From the NCBI RefSeq assembly GCF_009914755.1, contig NC_060931.1: a DNA stretch of 64,000 nt; one strand, given 5' to 3'. Positions 26,905 to 41,100 of the stretch are shown here, one piece after another. The first letter of the stretch is position 1. Each line of letters opens with the position of its first letter. The notes beneath the pieces are model-generated. The model saw nothing but the letters and a program-made list of their open reading frames with translations. It had not been told where the DNA came from and made no database searches. Both the position numbers and the translations under genes were made by a program. This DNA comes from the human T2T-CHM13v2.0 reference genome, Homo sapiens.

Positions 26905-29900
26905 ATTTCCTTTAATGTCTATTACAGGATTACAGAACAAAGTTTCACTGATTAAGTTGCTTTCAGTATTTTTTTTTATTGACAACTCATATTTAAGTTG
27001 TAATATTTAGGGCTGTTATTACAAACTACATACCCTTGATGGATTGTTTACACAATTGTATTAAGATTAAATATTTTGACTTATGGCTCAATTTCTATTA
27101 TTCTAGGGTAAAATTATAGGGTAGTCAGACCAGAAATCAGGCAGACTTCTATGTCTTCTTTGCGAGGATACAGTTAATTACTTCTTCCTTTTTGTAAGGC
27201 CATGAGCCTGATAAGATATGAAGTTCCAGGAAAAAGTGTTTTCCAATAAAGCTTCTTTTATTCTGTACTACAATTATATCAAGTGATAACCAAATATTAC
27301 CCCCACTGGTTTCTCACCCCTCTGCGGGTGAGATTTCTTTCAAGTTTTGGCCGGTGACGGAGCCTCGTGTTCTAGCTTAAATAGATCAAAGAGCTTTCTC
27401 ATTGTCCAGCCCTTTGCTTTTGTTTTGACCACAGCTTTCCTACGGCTGGGGCCACCATTTATGCTTTTAAGGAATAGAGATGATTGTCTTTTATAATATG
27501 TAATTTCAATTTTCTTTCTCTGAAAGGCAAGGTTTATCTTCTAACAGAAACATAACAGAGGAATAAGTATGAATAATTGACCGGGACAAGAGCAATGTTT
27601 AAGAATATTGCAGAACTTTCATGCCTTTATTCTTTTCCCCTTTTGTAATTTGGATGCATTATGTTATCTTTTGCAATGAAATGGCCAAGGCATTGTGGTC
27701 CTGTGGATTGGATGGTATTTGACAGTTTATCAAATCCATCCCTTCCCAGGTGCAAAAAGCTTTGTCACATGGCTAACGATCAAAAGTCTGGCTCTGTAGG
27801 ACTTTTCAGGGTTCTTTTGGTAGAGTAGTTGGTATGACAGTTACCAAATGCTTGTAAATCATATGGAGCAAATCAGAATATTGGAGAGAATAGACACCAA
27901 ATGAGAACCTCCTGACATTTTTTGTGCCAGAGCAAGGCTACACGAATTGAGTAAAGGCCTTCCTTAAAACGATGTATAACAAAACAGGAAGTAGCTTCAG
28001 AGTGGCACCCGGGAGCCCATAACCAGGTATGTTGCCCTATTTAGAAATCATATTAGGACTGAAATGTGGGTATAATTATTATTGCTATTTTAAGAGAATT
28101 GCTCTTAGACATCCTTATAGAGGAACAAGAATTTTCTTTTGTGGCAATACAGAGCCTGAGAAAATGCAGTATGGTTTTATATCTACATAAACATATGTCA
28201 TATATATAAACTCTATTGCTATTGCTTATCACTAATTATGCAGTTGGCTGTGGAAAGCTATGAGTCACTGAAATGAACAATTTGAACATATGCAATTGAT
28301 CATTTTTACAACAGGAAGAAAAAACCATGCTATTTCTTGTTTGCTTTTAAAGATATTGCAGGTAACACGTGTTCCATATCATCTGATATTATACACAGGA
28401 AGAAGGTAAACTTATTAATTAAAAAAGTCTTGCAAAAGGAACTTGCAGCCTGCATTATGTTAGTAGTTGGTTGCTTTTTAAATACGAAAGAAAAAAGAGT
28501 AAATTATGTACTCCTGAAAATTTGATCCTTGTTCTTATGGGAAAATATGGCAAAACATAGAAACTCTGTTAATGGCAAAACTTATTAGGATAAGGACTCC
28601 TCGCCTGGGGTTCAGGGAAGTGTTTGAAGGTATATAAAAATATATCTTAGTGAAAAAAAGTAATTATGTTCTTTTTCTTAAAACTGCAAATAATCCTATA
28701 GTGCTTTGGTATTACATGGTCAGTATTATTTTCATTATTCATATTAGGAGTTAAAGAAAAAGAGCCCTTTCATTTTGATTGTATTATTTTTTATATCAAG
28801 CCTAGTTAATGTAGATAATGTACATAAGGAAAAATCTTGATGAAGCTGAAATAGTCCTCAGTTTTTTCTCATCACAGCATGATAGGACATAAAAATCAAG
28901 TGTTTCTTGTGTAATGCTCTTGCCAGTGGAAATACAAAGTTAGTGAACTTGAAGAAGCAGGATATTTGGGTCCATTCTGAAATTACTGTTAGATCACAAG
29001 AATCATTTTTACTAAATTTTGTGAGACTAAAACTCAATCAACAGAGAATAAAACTTTACTAGTAGTTAGACTTGTCCCATCTGAAACTTTTATATTCTGA
29101 AGCAAAAAAACCCATGTACACTAGAGATATCTTGGTGATAACATGTGTCCTAAAAATGATGCTTTCATGCTTTAGGTTGGAGTAGAGGAAGACAATGGAA
29201 GTGTGGCTTTTGTCAAAGGTTGACTTCCAACAGAGAGACATCTGTCTGCTACTCACATCATCTATTGGATGCCTATTGTACTTAGAAAAAAAAATCCACA
29301 CGTAAATAACTTACGTGGATATATGGTTAGATATATATATTCTCTATTTCTGTAGTTTATGTTAGAGTTTTGGGGAAGAGGCTGGAGGCAGCCACCCATG
29401 CTAGTTGTCAAAAAGTGGGAACTCAGCTCAAGATGTTTTTCACCTGTGTGAAGAAAACTTTCTGATACAGTATAAGGAAATGTTTGCAAGATTTTGTGTA
29501 GATGTGTTATGTGCATTTTTGTGGGGACAAGACCTGTACCTTTTATTAGACTCTCACAGAAGGCCATGGCTCCAAAAGTTCCAGGTTTTTCTGGTGTTTG
29601 AAGCAGGAAGTGTAAGGTAACACCATCTTATTTCCTATATAAGGATTACTTGAAAACTCTGTGGAAAGATTTGAATAGAATTAGAACCAGATCAAGACAT
29701 TTTCTATGCAATAGGAAAGTCCTTAAGAAAAAGCTAAGTGGTTCATGTTATTATGATAAAATCTAATGTTAATCTATAAATAACTTCTTTTTAGTATTAA
29801 AATAAATCCTTTTATCCTGAAAAAGCAGAATCAGTTAAAAAAGTAATTGCTATTGAAGCCTTTCTATCCCCTGAGCTAGCTCAAGTGTGAGTCAATAACA

Positions 29901-30136
29901 GCTACAGACAGTAGCTGAGGCCTGATGCAACCCAAGTTTATTTTACTCTACTCTGCTGGACCAGGGAAGGAAAATCTGGTAATAGTATTAGTAAAAACAC
30001 TATTAAGGGGGGGATTAAGGTTAAGTTTGTAAACATAGCCAAGAGTACTTCCTTAGCATTTTTTTCTGTTTAATTTGAAAACCTGATAAATAGAAAAATA
30101 TGCTGGACTGTTGGGAATACAATAAAATAAACTCTT

Positions 30137-30538
<402 letters not shown>

Positions 30539-30934
30539 TTAACTGTTACGTCTTTTAGTTTTCAGCTTTCCTCCACTGTTTTGGGAAACGTCACCTTCTT
30601 ATCTTGGAAGAGTAATCTCAAAATTGAAGCATCTTAGATCCAACAAGAATTAAAAGGATGGGAAGTCCTTGCAGCCATCCAATAGAGTCAGAAGACTTTG
30701 GATTTTGGAGTCTGTGAGATGTGAGTTTAAATGCTGAGCTTGGTACTTGGTCTTTCAACTTTCCTTTATGAATTTACTAACTCTTGGTCCAGTGTCAGTA
30801 TTTAGCAGGGGATGGAATTCATGTCCTGCTTTGGTTTAATCCTAAGTACCTAGTCCTGGTGAGAGCGATAAGAAGAGCCAGGGGCTGTTATGGTCCTTAT
30901 GCCTCTGAAATGTTGTAGACTTTCCTTATGGTAC

Positions 30935-31095
30935 TTGTGCTATTCTTTGTGAGTTGTATGACCTTGGTTAAGCTACTTAACCTCGAATCTCAGTTTCCTA
31001 GTTGTAAACTGAGGCTAATATCTACCTTTATAAGTCATTAGAAGAACTACATGTAATATTTTTAAACCCCTAGCACAGTGCTTGGCTTAAGTTGT
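30935..31095 (+). mobile_element. MIR
   Basis: Core 'tgaccttggttaagctacttaacctc...tctcagtttcct...ctagcacagtgcttggc'. Confidence 0.75.
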
Positions 31096-31586
31096 GAACC
31101 ATTTGGTTCTGACATTTGACGTCTAGTTTCCTCTTGAACATCTTTAGGAACACAAAGGTCATTACTACATGAGAACACCTCTGCTGTTGTAGCTCAGTTC
31201 TCACTGATAATCAGTTATTGGTCCTGGTTTTGCATTCCCAGCAATAATAAGCTTAACTGCTCTTAGTATAATGAGTTTTACAATGTTTGAGGATGGACAT
31301 CATGTTTCCTCTTATAGATCTCATAGCCACAGTTTATCGAACTATTTATTGTAAGAGATTATCTCAAGGTCCTTTTCCCTTCTGGACGTAATTTAGAATT
31401 ATCAATTTCTCTTAACAGCCTGGCATCTAAAACAGGGTGCAACATTCTGGAAGTGGTATGAACAACATCAGCCCAGAATAGTTATTCTGTCATCTGCAAA
31501 CTGGTCATTTCTAACCTTAGTTAGAAAATTTTATACTTCAAATCTTAGGGGGTCTCAGTTTTCTCATTTATAAAATGAGTTGCTTA

Positions 31587-31748
31587 GAGCCAGGTGCGGG
31601 TCTAGCACCTGAACTCCCAGCTTCTCAAGAGGCTAAGGTGGGAGGATAAATTGAGCCCAGGAGTTTGAGGCTGCAGTGAGCTGTGACTGTGTCACTGCAC
31701 TCCAGCCTGGGTGACAAATCAAAACTCTGTCTCTTAAAAAAAAAAAAG
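31587..31748 (+). mobile_element. Free Alu monomer (FRAM/AluJ right arm)
   Basis: Single arm 'ttgagcccaggagtttgaggctgcagtgagct' with an A-tail. Confidence 0.85.
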
Positions 31749-31757
31749 AGTTGTTTC

Positions 31758-32101
<344 letters not shown>

Positions 32102-33322
32102 TCAGTGTTACCCACATATGTTGATGTTGTATTTCTTAGATATTAGAGCTCATGTTTAATTTTACTAAGCATTTCTTTTTAATTGAGCGTCTGCTTTGTG
32201 CTAAACCCAGTGAGCTGTAAAGGACAGAACTATTCCTCCTTAATGTGCTTATATTGCCTTAGCAATAAGACACAAAATCAAGAATATTATACAAAGAGGA
32301 GAAGTGTCTTGTCCTTTAGTCATTCGGCTTTCACACAATGCATAGTTTATATCTTTAACAAAAGTTAAAGTTATTATCAACAACAGTAGTCTATCCATTA
32401 ACAGATTAAAAACTGATGTTGGAAATGGAAATGTCTTATAAAACTATGTCTGAGGCTCTTATCCATAGAGAGCATGGAAGAAGCTGACCAGGGCACCTCT
32501 CCTTAGTGCTGTATTTTAGAGCTGAGTCTGAATTAAGAGTCACTGAGCACAGCCCTCCTGTTATTTCCTTGAGGCTGAGAACTTTCCCTCCTTTCTGAAA
32601 TAGTATCAACACCAGATCAAAGACACAGTAGTCCTCTGAGACCCGGTCGATTTAACACTCAGCGTTGTCTGGTAAACCACTCTCTTTTACTGTGGCTGGA
32701 GAACATGGAAAGTTTTTCAGCAACCTCTTACATTGTGAACTTCAGGCCTCGCTCTGATGTGGTGTTTCTTCTTCCTCATACCTAATATTGTTGGGGACAT
32801 TCATAGGCAGAGATGGTTGAGGGGAACTTGTGTCTCGACAACAAATGAGAGACTGGTAAAAATGATCTGAACAACAATGAAAAAAAATCAATTGCCCTTA
32901 TTTTTTTTCTTTTCAAAAAGTGAAAGCCGTGTTTGCTTTGAGATGAAACATTTGAGAAGCTTTTCTTCTTTAGGTGATTCCATCCCTCCTTGGCCTCAGC
33001 AGGTTCCTGCTTGGAAGTAAAGAACCAACGAGAAGGCAGGGAGCAAGGAACTGCCTTTTCCAAGGAGACCCAGGCTGCTTGGCACCTGCGCCTGCAGAGG
33101 CTCTTATCCACCTGCTGCCCCAGGCCTTGCCTAACTGAAGGGGCCAACACTATCTGTCTGCCTCAAGAGGGGATCAGGGCAGAGTCCTCACATTTTTTAT
33201 GAGAAAAACGTCCCTTAGCATGTCTGGAATATTTTTTCTCTAGGCTTGTTCCAACTTGAGCTCATTTTGCTCTAATTATTTTGGCCTATATGTTTCTGCA
33301 TCTGTCTATTCTGATAAGAGGG

Positions 33323-33323
<1 letters not shown>

Positions 33324-33360
<37 letters not shown>

Positions 33361-33362
33361 TA
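33324..33362. repeat. (TG)n microsatellite
   Basis: Seen directly. Confidence 0.95.
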
Positions 33363-34604
33363 TGCGAGTGTTTTGTCTTCCTCTTTTTGCCATAGTGTAG
33401 CTGCTTAAAAGCTACAGATAAACAGGCTATTCAACACCAAGCTAGGGTAATCATAGATGACATGGGGTGACCTCAAAAGGTTTAATTCTGCCTTTTGTTT
33501 GAAAGGCAGAGAACTTGAAAGAGCAAGTGTATCTCAGCATGAAGGGAGAGGATCCCAGTTCACACTAAATAGTTCCTTCTCTGCAGGCAGATTTGTGAGC
33601 CTCACAGTGTCTGCCTTTTATGGGGACAAGCCCTTTAAAATCCCTCCTCTCTCTTCTATCATGGTCTATTTAAGGCTCTTATCTTCCAAATGGCATCCTC
33701 TCATGAGCAGTTAAACTTGCCCTACTGTGCCAGCAGATATTTTACGAGTCCATAATTAAGAAACTTGGTTTTATATGGATCCTATAAGGTCTGTTTGTCA
33801 ATTCTGCAGATAAACACTTCTACCCTGGAGATATCCCAGTGACAGGAACCATATGTATGTCATCACATCCAGATAAATGTCTAATGTCACTTGGTTATTA
33901 GCCTGATTTAATAACCAGCTTTACCCTTATTATCACGTCACAATTTGTGGCATGCCAATTATGTGCCAGGCTCAAACAAAATTGAAATTGTATTCAAATG
34001 ATGAACTCTTAAAACGTATCCTGAAGTCAAGTAAGTTGTTGAAGCCAATGTCCAAATAATTTCATTGAAAAACTTTTATGTAAGGAAAGTAGTTTAATTT
34101 TGGTAATGTTTGATCTGAATGATACAGATTAACTTTGTGAAATAAATTCACTGGTTCATTGATCAATGCCTCAATTCACTTAGCACAGACAGGCCAGATA
34201 TTGTCAAGGCCTTCAAGTGTTATGCTGGGACATGGGGGTCCTGTGATATGTAGTAATCCTAGCTATGAAATCCAAGACTAGAAGTCCAGGTAAGGGGGAG
34301 GTATCTGGCAGACATGTCAGGTTGTGACAAAATGTCAAGTTGAAGGAGGGAAGTTCAGGTAGGGAGTAGTGCTGAGACCCATGCAGGCAGGATCCACAGT
34401 CGGGGATGTTTGGCTCAGCAGAGGAGGCAGGAGGGGTCAAGTTTGAATTGAGATCTGCGGCAGATCTCTTACTTCTTGTTCATTTGGCAGGATGTGGGTA
34501 GTCCTGTGTCTACACATGTGTCATAGTCAGAAGAAAATCAGAGGCCTGTGTATGGGCTTTGTCCGTAAACAGCGAGTGAAAGGGATATTGTAATAGTAGG
34601 ATGA

Positions 34605-35069
<465 letters not shown>

Positions 35070-35173
35070 CGGCTTGCTTCTTTTGATATCCACATTCTGT
35101 CTTCTCTCTGCGATATCCGTTGCCCTATAAACAACTTCAGAATTCCCCTATCTTAATAAATAAAAATGCCCCC

Positions 35174-35510
35174 TGTGTCTTACTCCATTCAGGCTGCTAT
35201 AACAAACTGCCTTAGCCTGGGGTGGCTTATAGACAACAGTAGTGTATGTCTCAGAATTCTGGAGGCAGGGAAGTCCAAACGAAGGTGTGAAGATGTGGGC
35301 AGATGGCACCTTCTTGCGGCAGTGTCCTCACATGGTGAAGGGGCCTATGAGCTCCTTTGGCCCTCTTTAATAAGGACACTTAGTCCATTTATGAGAGCTC
35401 TAGCCTCATGATCTGATCATCTCCAAAGGCTTCACCTCTTGATGCTGTCACGTCGGGAATTAGGTTTCAACATATGAATTTTGAGGGAACACAGACATTC
35501 AGAAGTTAGC
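35174..35510 (-). mobile_element. MaLR solo LTR (MLT1A-like)
   Basis: 'ccattcaggctgctataacaaa...ttctggaggcagggaagtcca...tttcaacatatgaattttgagggaacacagacattcag'. Confidence 0.85.
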
Positions 35511-35914
35511 ACCTTGATTATGCTTTCATATGGAGCTATCTTGTATTTCTCTTGCTTTTGCTGTTTAGCACCAAACCTCCCCAAAGTTTGGTTTATGTTC
35601 ATTGTTTCCTTTCATTACTACTCACACATTCAGTCCTGCACAGTCCATCTTCCTGCACCCTCTTAGCTTCTGGAATTCTTCTCTTGCGGTCACCAACCTA
35701 CCCATAATCACCAAATTTAGAGTCTTTCCTCATCCCAATTCTCCTTACCCTATCTACTGCTTTGCTTCTGAGGCTGTAGGTAATGCCTTCCTAGTTTAAG
35801 CTCCCTTCCCTGGCTGCTTCAGGGATTCTGAATGATGTCCTTGCCTTTCTTCTCTGGCTGTATCTTTTCTCCCTTCCCTAGCCTTTGTCTGCAGCCCTAA
35901 TGTGGGTCATTTTA

Positions 35915-36283
<369 letters not shown>

Positions 36284-36450
36284 TCAGTGCCATGATTCTG
36301 TCTTCACAATCTCTATTTCTGGTCCTTACTTTCAGTTTTAGTTCTCAAAGCTTGTTTTCTACAAACCATATTTATGTAAATGTCTACCTGTAACTTAGAG
36401 TTAGTATACTTACAACTAAAATCTCTCTTTCTTCCCTCCCTTTCACTCCA

Positions 36451-36814
36451 GGTACTAGTCTGTTTTCATGCAGCTAATAAAGACATACACAAGACTGGGT
36501 AGTTTATAAAGGAAAGAGGTTTAATTGACTCACAGTTCCACATGGCTAGGGAGGCCTTACAATCATGGCAGAAGACAAAGGAGATGCAAAGTCACATCTT
36601 ACATGGCAGCAGGCAAGGGAGCATGTGCAGGGGAACTCCTCTTTATAAAACCATCAGATCTGGTGAGACTTATTCATTATAACAAGAACAGTACAGGAAA
36701 GACCCACCACCATGATTCAATTACCTCCCACCAGGTCTGTCCCACAACATGTGGGAATTATGGAAGCTACAATTCGAGATGAGATTTGGGTGGGGACACA
36801 GCCAACCCATATCA
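36451..36814 (-). mobile_element. THE1 solo LTR
   Basis: 'taataaagacatac...ttaattgactcacagttccacatggct...gagatttgggtggggacacagccaacccatatca'; TSD ctcca / cccca. Confidence 0.92.
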
Positions 36815-37071
36815 CCCCAGTTTTCCTTTCTGATGTTTATTGTGTTCCCAGCATCAATACTTCCCTAGGTACCAAGACTCAAAGCCTTGAAATCAGCTTT
36901 TCTTTCTTTTCCTCGCTTCCCACGTCTAATTATTCACCATAGTCTATCACTTGTTTCATAGCAGATCTCATATCCTTTGCTTTACTTTTCTTCTGCTATG
37001 AAATCATGTTCAGCAGTTAATTGTTAGTAGTGTAGTAGTTTCCTAACTGATCTGTTTCTACCCTACACACC

Positions 37072-37626
37072 TGTGGTAGGCTGACTAATGATCCCCAAGG
37101 ATAACCAGGTCCTAATCCCTGGAACCTGTGAATGGTACTGTCTAAGGTAATAGGGACTATGCAGATGTGATGAGTTAAAGATCTTGCAAGAGGGAGATGG
37201 TTCTGGATTATCCTTATAGGCTCTAAACCTAAACACAGGGTACTTACAAGAGGGAGGCAGAGGGAGATTTAACCACACACAAAAGAGAGAAGGCAATGTG
37301 ATAGACTGAGAGAAAGAGGAAGGAAGAGCAAGAGAGAGAGAGTGGAAGAAGAGAAAGAGAAGGAGAGAAGCCAGCAAGAGAGAGAGTTTTGAAGATGGAG
37401 GAAGGAGGCCATGAGCCCAGCAATACTACAAATGCTGCTCGGGAAAAGGAAAGGAAACAATTCTCCCTTAGAACCTCTGGAGGGAGCCTGGCCTTGCTGA
37501 CATGTTAGTTTCAGCCCAGTGTAATGGATCTGGGATTTCCGATCTCTAAAACATTAAGAGAATTAATGTTTTTTAAAGCTACTCAGTTTGTGGGAATTCA
37601 TTGCAGTGGCTCTAGCAAACTAATAT
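37072..37626 (+). mobile_element. MaLR solo LTR (MLT1D-like)
   Basis: 'tgtggtaggc...gtcctaatccctggaacctgtgaat...ttctcccttagaacctctggagggag...gcaaactaatata'. Confidence 0.85.
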
Positions 37627-38744
37627 AAGCCCTCTGATTCATCCTACACATTTTGGCCAGATTAATGCTCCTAAAACATAGCTTTCTGAATACCCAATTT
37701 ATTACTCAGTTTACCACTTCAATTATGCTAAATTAACATTATTGAATATCTCCCAAGTAACAAGTTCTGTGCTAATTCTGCAGATACAGGCATCAAGAGG
37801 ACAGTTTCTGCCTGCTCCTTGCTTATATTCTTTCAGAGAAGCTACACAAACCAGCAACAATTTGAATAAAAATCAATCAGGGACATTTTACAAGCATGTA
37901 TGGGTCCCTTTGAGAACACAAAAGAGGGACAACTCCTTTGGTATTCTGGAATACAAGACCCACAGTTTAGGTTGTATGGCTGGTCATGAGAAACTGGAAA
38001 CAAAGCATCTATGCTCCTCTTTAGAAGAAAACATAAGATCAGAAATATGGCTTTGCACTTTAAAAATGGAAATTAGCTTTGAATCAGTAAAGTGTGTGCC
38101 AACTAGATTGAGAACTTCTGTCAAGCTTTTGACATGCAGGGGGAAAAGATAAGAATCGTCTTTGTGTATAAACTTTTTAGTTTACATTGTTGTTACACAT
38201 ATTAGTATGATTTACAAGATTCCCTAGTTCCAAATGCTTGTGAAACATCGTTTGAATAAATAACATAAGTCATAAAACAATGGTTACTGTGAAAATTAAT
38301 GATTCAAAAATTGCATCAGTTGATGTAAACAGTAATTTTACTGTTTCTTAAAGAAGCATTGTATTCCAACATTACAAAAACTTCAATTTGTGATTTTCTT
38401 ATGACAAGAGCCATTCTATTTCCCCACTGCAGAATATATTTGAAAATAAAATGATTCTTGACTCTGCTGTTTTTTTCTTTTTCTGGAACTCAAACATAAC
38501 TGAATGCTTTTGGTTATGCTTACTTCTCTTCCATAGGAAGTAGTGAGACCATAAAAGCTTTGTATGTCATGCTACAGAGTTTAAAACTCATGCTGTTGCT
38601 GGAAGCCTATGGAAGAGAACTTTCTTTAAATTTTATTTTCAAATGTGGTAAAATACACATAACATAAAATTTACCATCTTAACCATTTTTTGGGTGTATA
38701 ATTCAGTAGTATGAGGTAAATTTACATTGCTGTGTAGCCAGTCT

Positions 38745-39170
38745 TTCTTTTTAAAATGTATTTTTAATTTTTGTTTTACTTTAAGTTCTGGAATACATGT
38801 GCAGAACGTGCAGGTTTGTTACATAGGTATACGTGTGCCTTGGTGGTTTGCTACACCTATTGACCCGTCATCTAGGTTCCCTCCCCTTGCCCCCAACCCC
38901 CAACAGGTGTTGTTCCCCTCCCTGTGTCCATGTGTTATCATTGTTCAACTCCCACTTATGAGTGAGACATACGCTGTTTGCTTTTCTGTTCCTGTGTTAG
39001 TTTGCTGAGGACGATGGCTTCCAGCTTCATCCATATGCCTGCAAAGAACATGATCTCATTCCTTTTTATGGCTGCTAGTATTCCATGGTGTATATGTACC
39101 ACATTTTCTTTATCCTGTCTATCATTGATGGGCATTTGGGTTGATTCCATGTCTTTGCTATTATAAATAG
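38745..39170 (-). mobile_element. L1PA 5'-truncated 3' end nested in L1MB
   Basis: 'tttaagttctggaatacatgtgcagaacgtgcaggtttgttacatagg'; TSD-like gtgtagccagtct / gtgcagccaatct. Confidence 0.9.
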
Positions 39171-39581
39171 TGCAGCCAATCTCTTAAACTCTTTTCATCT
39201 TGCAAAATGGAAACTCTACCCATAAAACAACTTATCTTTCCCCTCTTCCCTCAGCATCTGGCAATCACTATTCTACTTTCTGTCTCTATGATTTTGACTA
39301 TTCTAGGTATGTCACATGAGTGGAATCAGTATTTTTTTTTGTGACTGAGTTATTTCACTTAGTGTAATGTCATCAAGGTTCATTCACGTGGTAACATTTG
39401 TCAGAATTTCCTTCCTTTTTAAGGCTGAATAATATGCCATTGCAAGTATATATATTTTGTTTATCTGTTTGTCTATGGATGGGTACTTGGGTTGCTTCCA
39501 CATTTTGTTACGGTGAATGTGCTACTATGAACATGGGTTTGCAAATATCTCTTCCAGACCCTGCTTTCAGTTCTTTTGGTT

Positions 39582-39791
39582 ACAGAGATAGCTTCTCGCC
39601 TTACGATGAGGCTGTGTGCAGATAAACCCATTGTAAATGGAAAGTGTGTTTTGATATTTTCAATTTAAGATGAGTGTATTGGGATATAACCCCATCGTAA
39701 GTCAAGGAACATACTAAATGTATATCACTTTCACACTGTTGTAAAATCAAAAAATCATTAAATTGAACCATCTGAAGTCTGAGACCATCTG
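39582..39791. mobile_element. Tigger5/MER47-type non-autonomous DNA transposon
   Basis: 'cttacgatgagg...gataaacccattgtaa' at the left and 'gaaccatctgaagtctgagaccatctg' at the right terminus. Confidence 0.75.
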
Positions 39792-40969
39792 TGTTCCCAG
39801 AAGTGGAATTGCTAGATCGCATGGTAGTTCTATTTTTAATTTTTTGAGAAAATGCCATAATGTTTTTCATACTGGCCACACCATTCTAAATATCCTCCAA
39901 CATTGCACGAGGATTCCATTTTTCTACGTCCTCCTCAACACTTTTTTTGTTTGTTTTTGTTTTTTGATAGTAGCTGTCCTAATGGTTGTGAGGTGGAATC
40001 TCACTGTGGTTTGAATTTGTATTTCCCTAATGATTAGTGATGTTGAACATCTTTTCATTTGCTTATTGGCCATTTGTGTATCTTCTTTGGAGACCCATAA
40101 AAAAGAATTAAAACAAGGACATGCCATAGTCAAATTTAGGTTTTGGAAAGGTCACAATGACATCAAGTTGAAGGTGAATTATAGTGGGAGTGACCAACTG
40201 TAGCGCAACCAGTTAGGAGGCGATTGTAGTTTCCGTGTTGATGCTTTGTTACTTTCAAAGAAAAGCCCTCATGCTGGCATTTAATTCTGTCCACATACTG
40301 GCCTCGTTGTTCTTTCCAAATTCCCCTCTGTTATGTCTTTTCATGAATTCTATGTCCTTTTCAAGCTGGGTCATATGTCTTATTAGCATTCTTATCTCAA
40401 AACTTTGAGGCTTTTTTTTTTTTTTTTGGTTACAGAAAATGTACTTATGTCTGGTTTTCTTACCTGGGTATAACTGCATAGTTTTCCTTTAGGACGCATC
40501 TTTGTTTCTCTCCTCCATAAATACTCTGATGTCCCCAGTTTGGTGGATTATTTCTCTCTCTCTCCATCTCTCTCTGTCTCTGTCTCTTTCACGGATGGCT
40601 GTGGTATTCATGAACACTTACGCATCACTGATAAGTTATATGTGTGGATGGAATTATAAAGTCCTTGAGAGCATAAATGTTTTCTTGTATCTCTATATAT
40701 CTATGTCATTATATCCAGAACTTATTTGTGTGTGTATATGTGTGTGTGCAGGGTAATGATTAGTAAATGTTTGTTACTGATAATAAAAATGAGTTTGGGA
40801 ATAGTTTGAATTATGTTGCATTTATACAACTGAAATTACCAGCATAATTTGCCTCTTTATGCACATAAAATTATGGTTCATTAACTTAGTCTCAAAATAC
40901 AATTACTTTCTCTCAAAATATTCAGATTTTGTAAGCAGTAGAATGCCAAACAATGTTTTAGGAAGGAAA

Positions 40970-41100
40970 ACTAACATTTTTTAACATCTTCTATGGGCCA
41001 AACACTATACCAGGCCCTTTACACGTGCTACTTAAACCTCACAGTAATCCTTTGCAGTAGAGATTCATTTTTTTAAAGTGGTTTAGAGAAGTTTGGGGAG
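40970..41100 (-). mobile_element. MIR fragment
   Basis: 'ctatgggccaaacactatac...aacctcacagtaatcctttgcagtag'. Confidence 0.5.

Larger units (their letters stand above)
38628..40095 (-). mobile_element. L1MB-like 3' region, interrupted twice
   Basis: 'gtggtaaaatacacataacataaaatttaccatcttaaccattttt' 3' end; resumes at 39170 and 39795. Confidence 0.85.
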
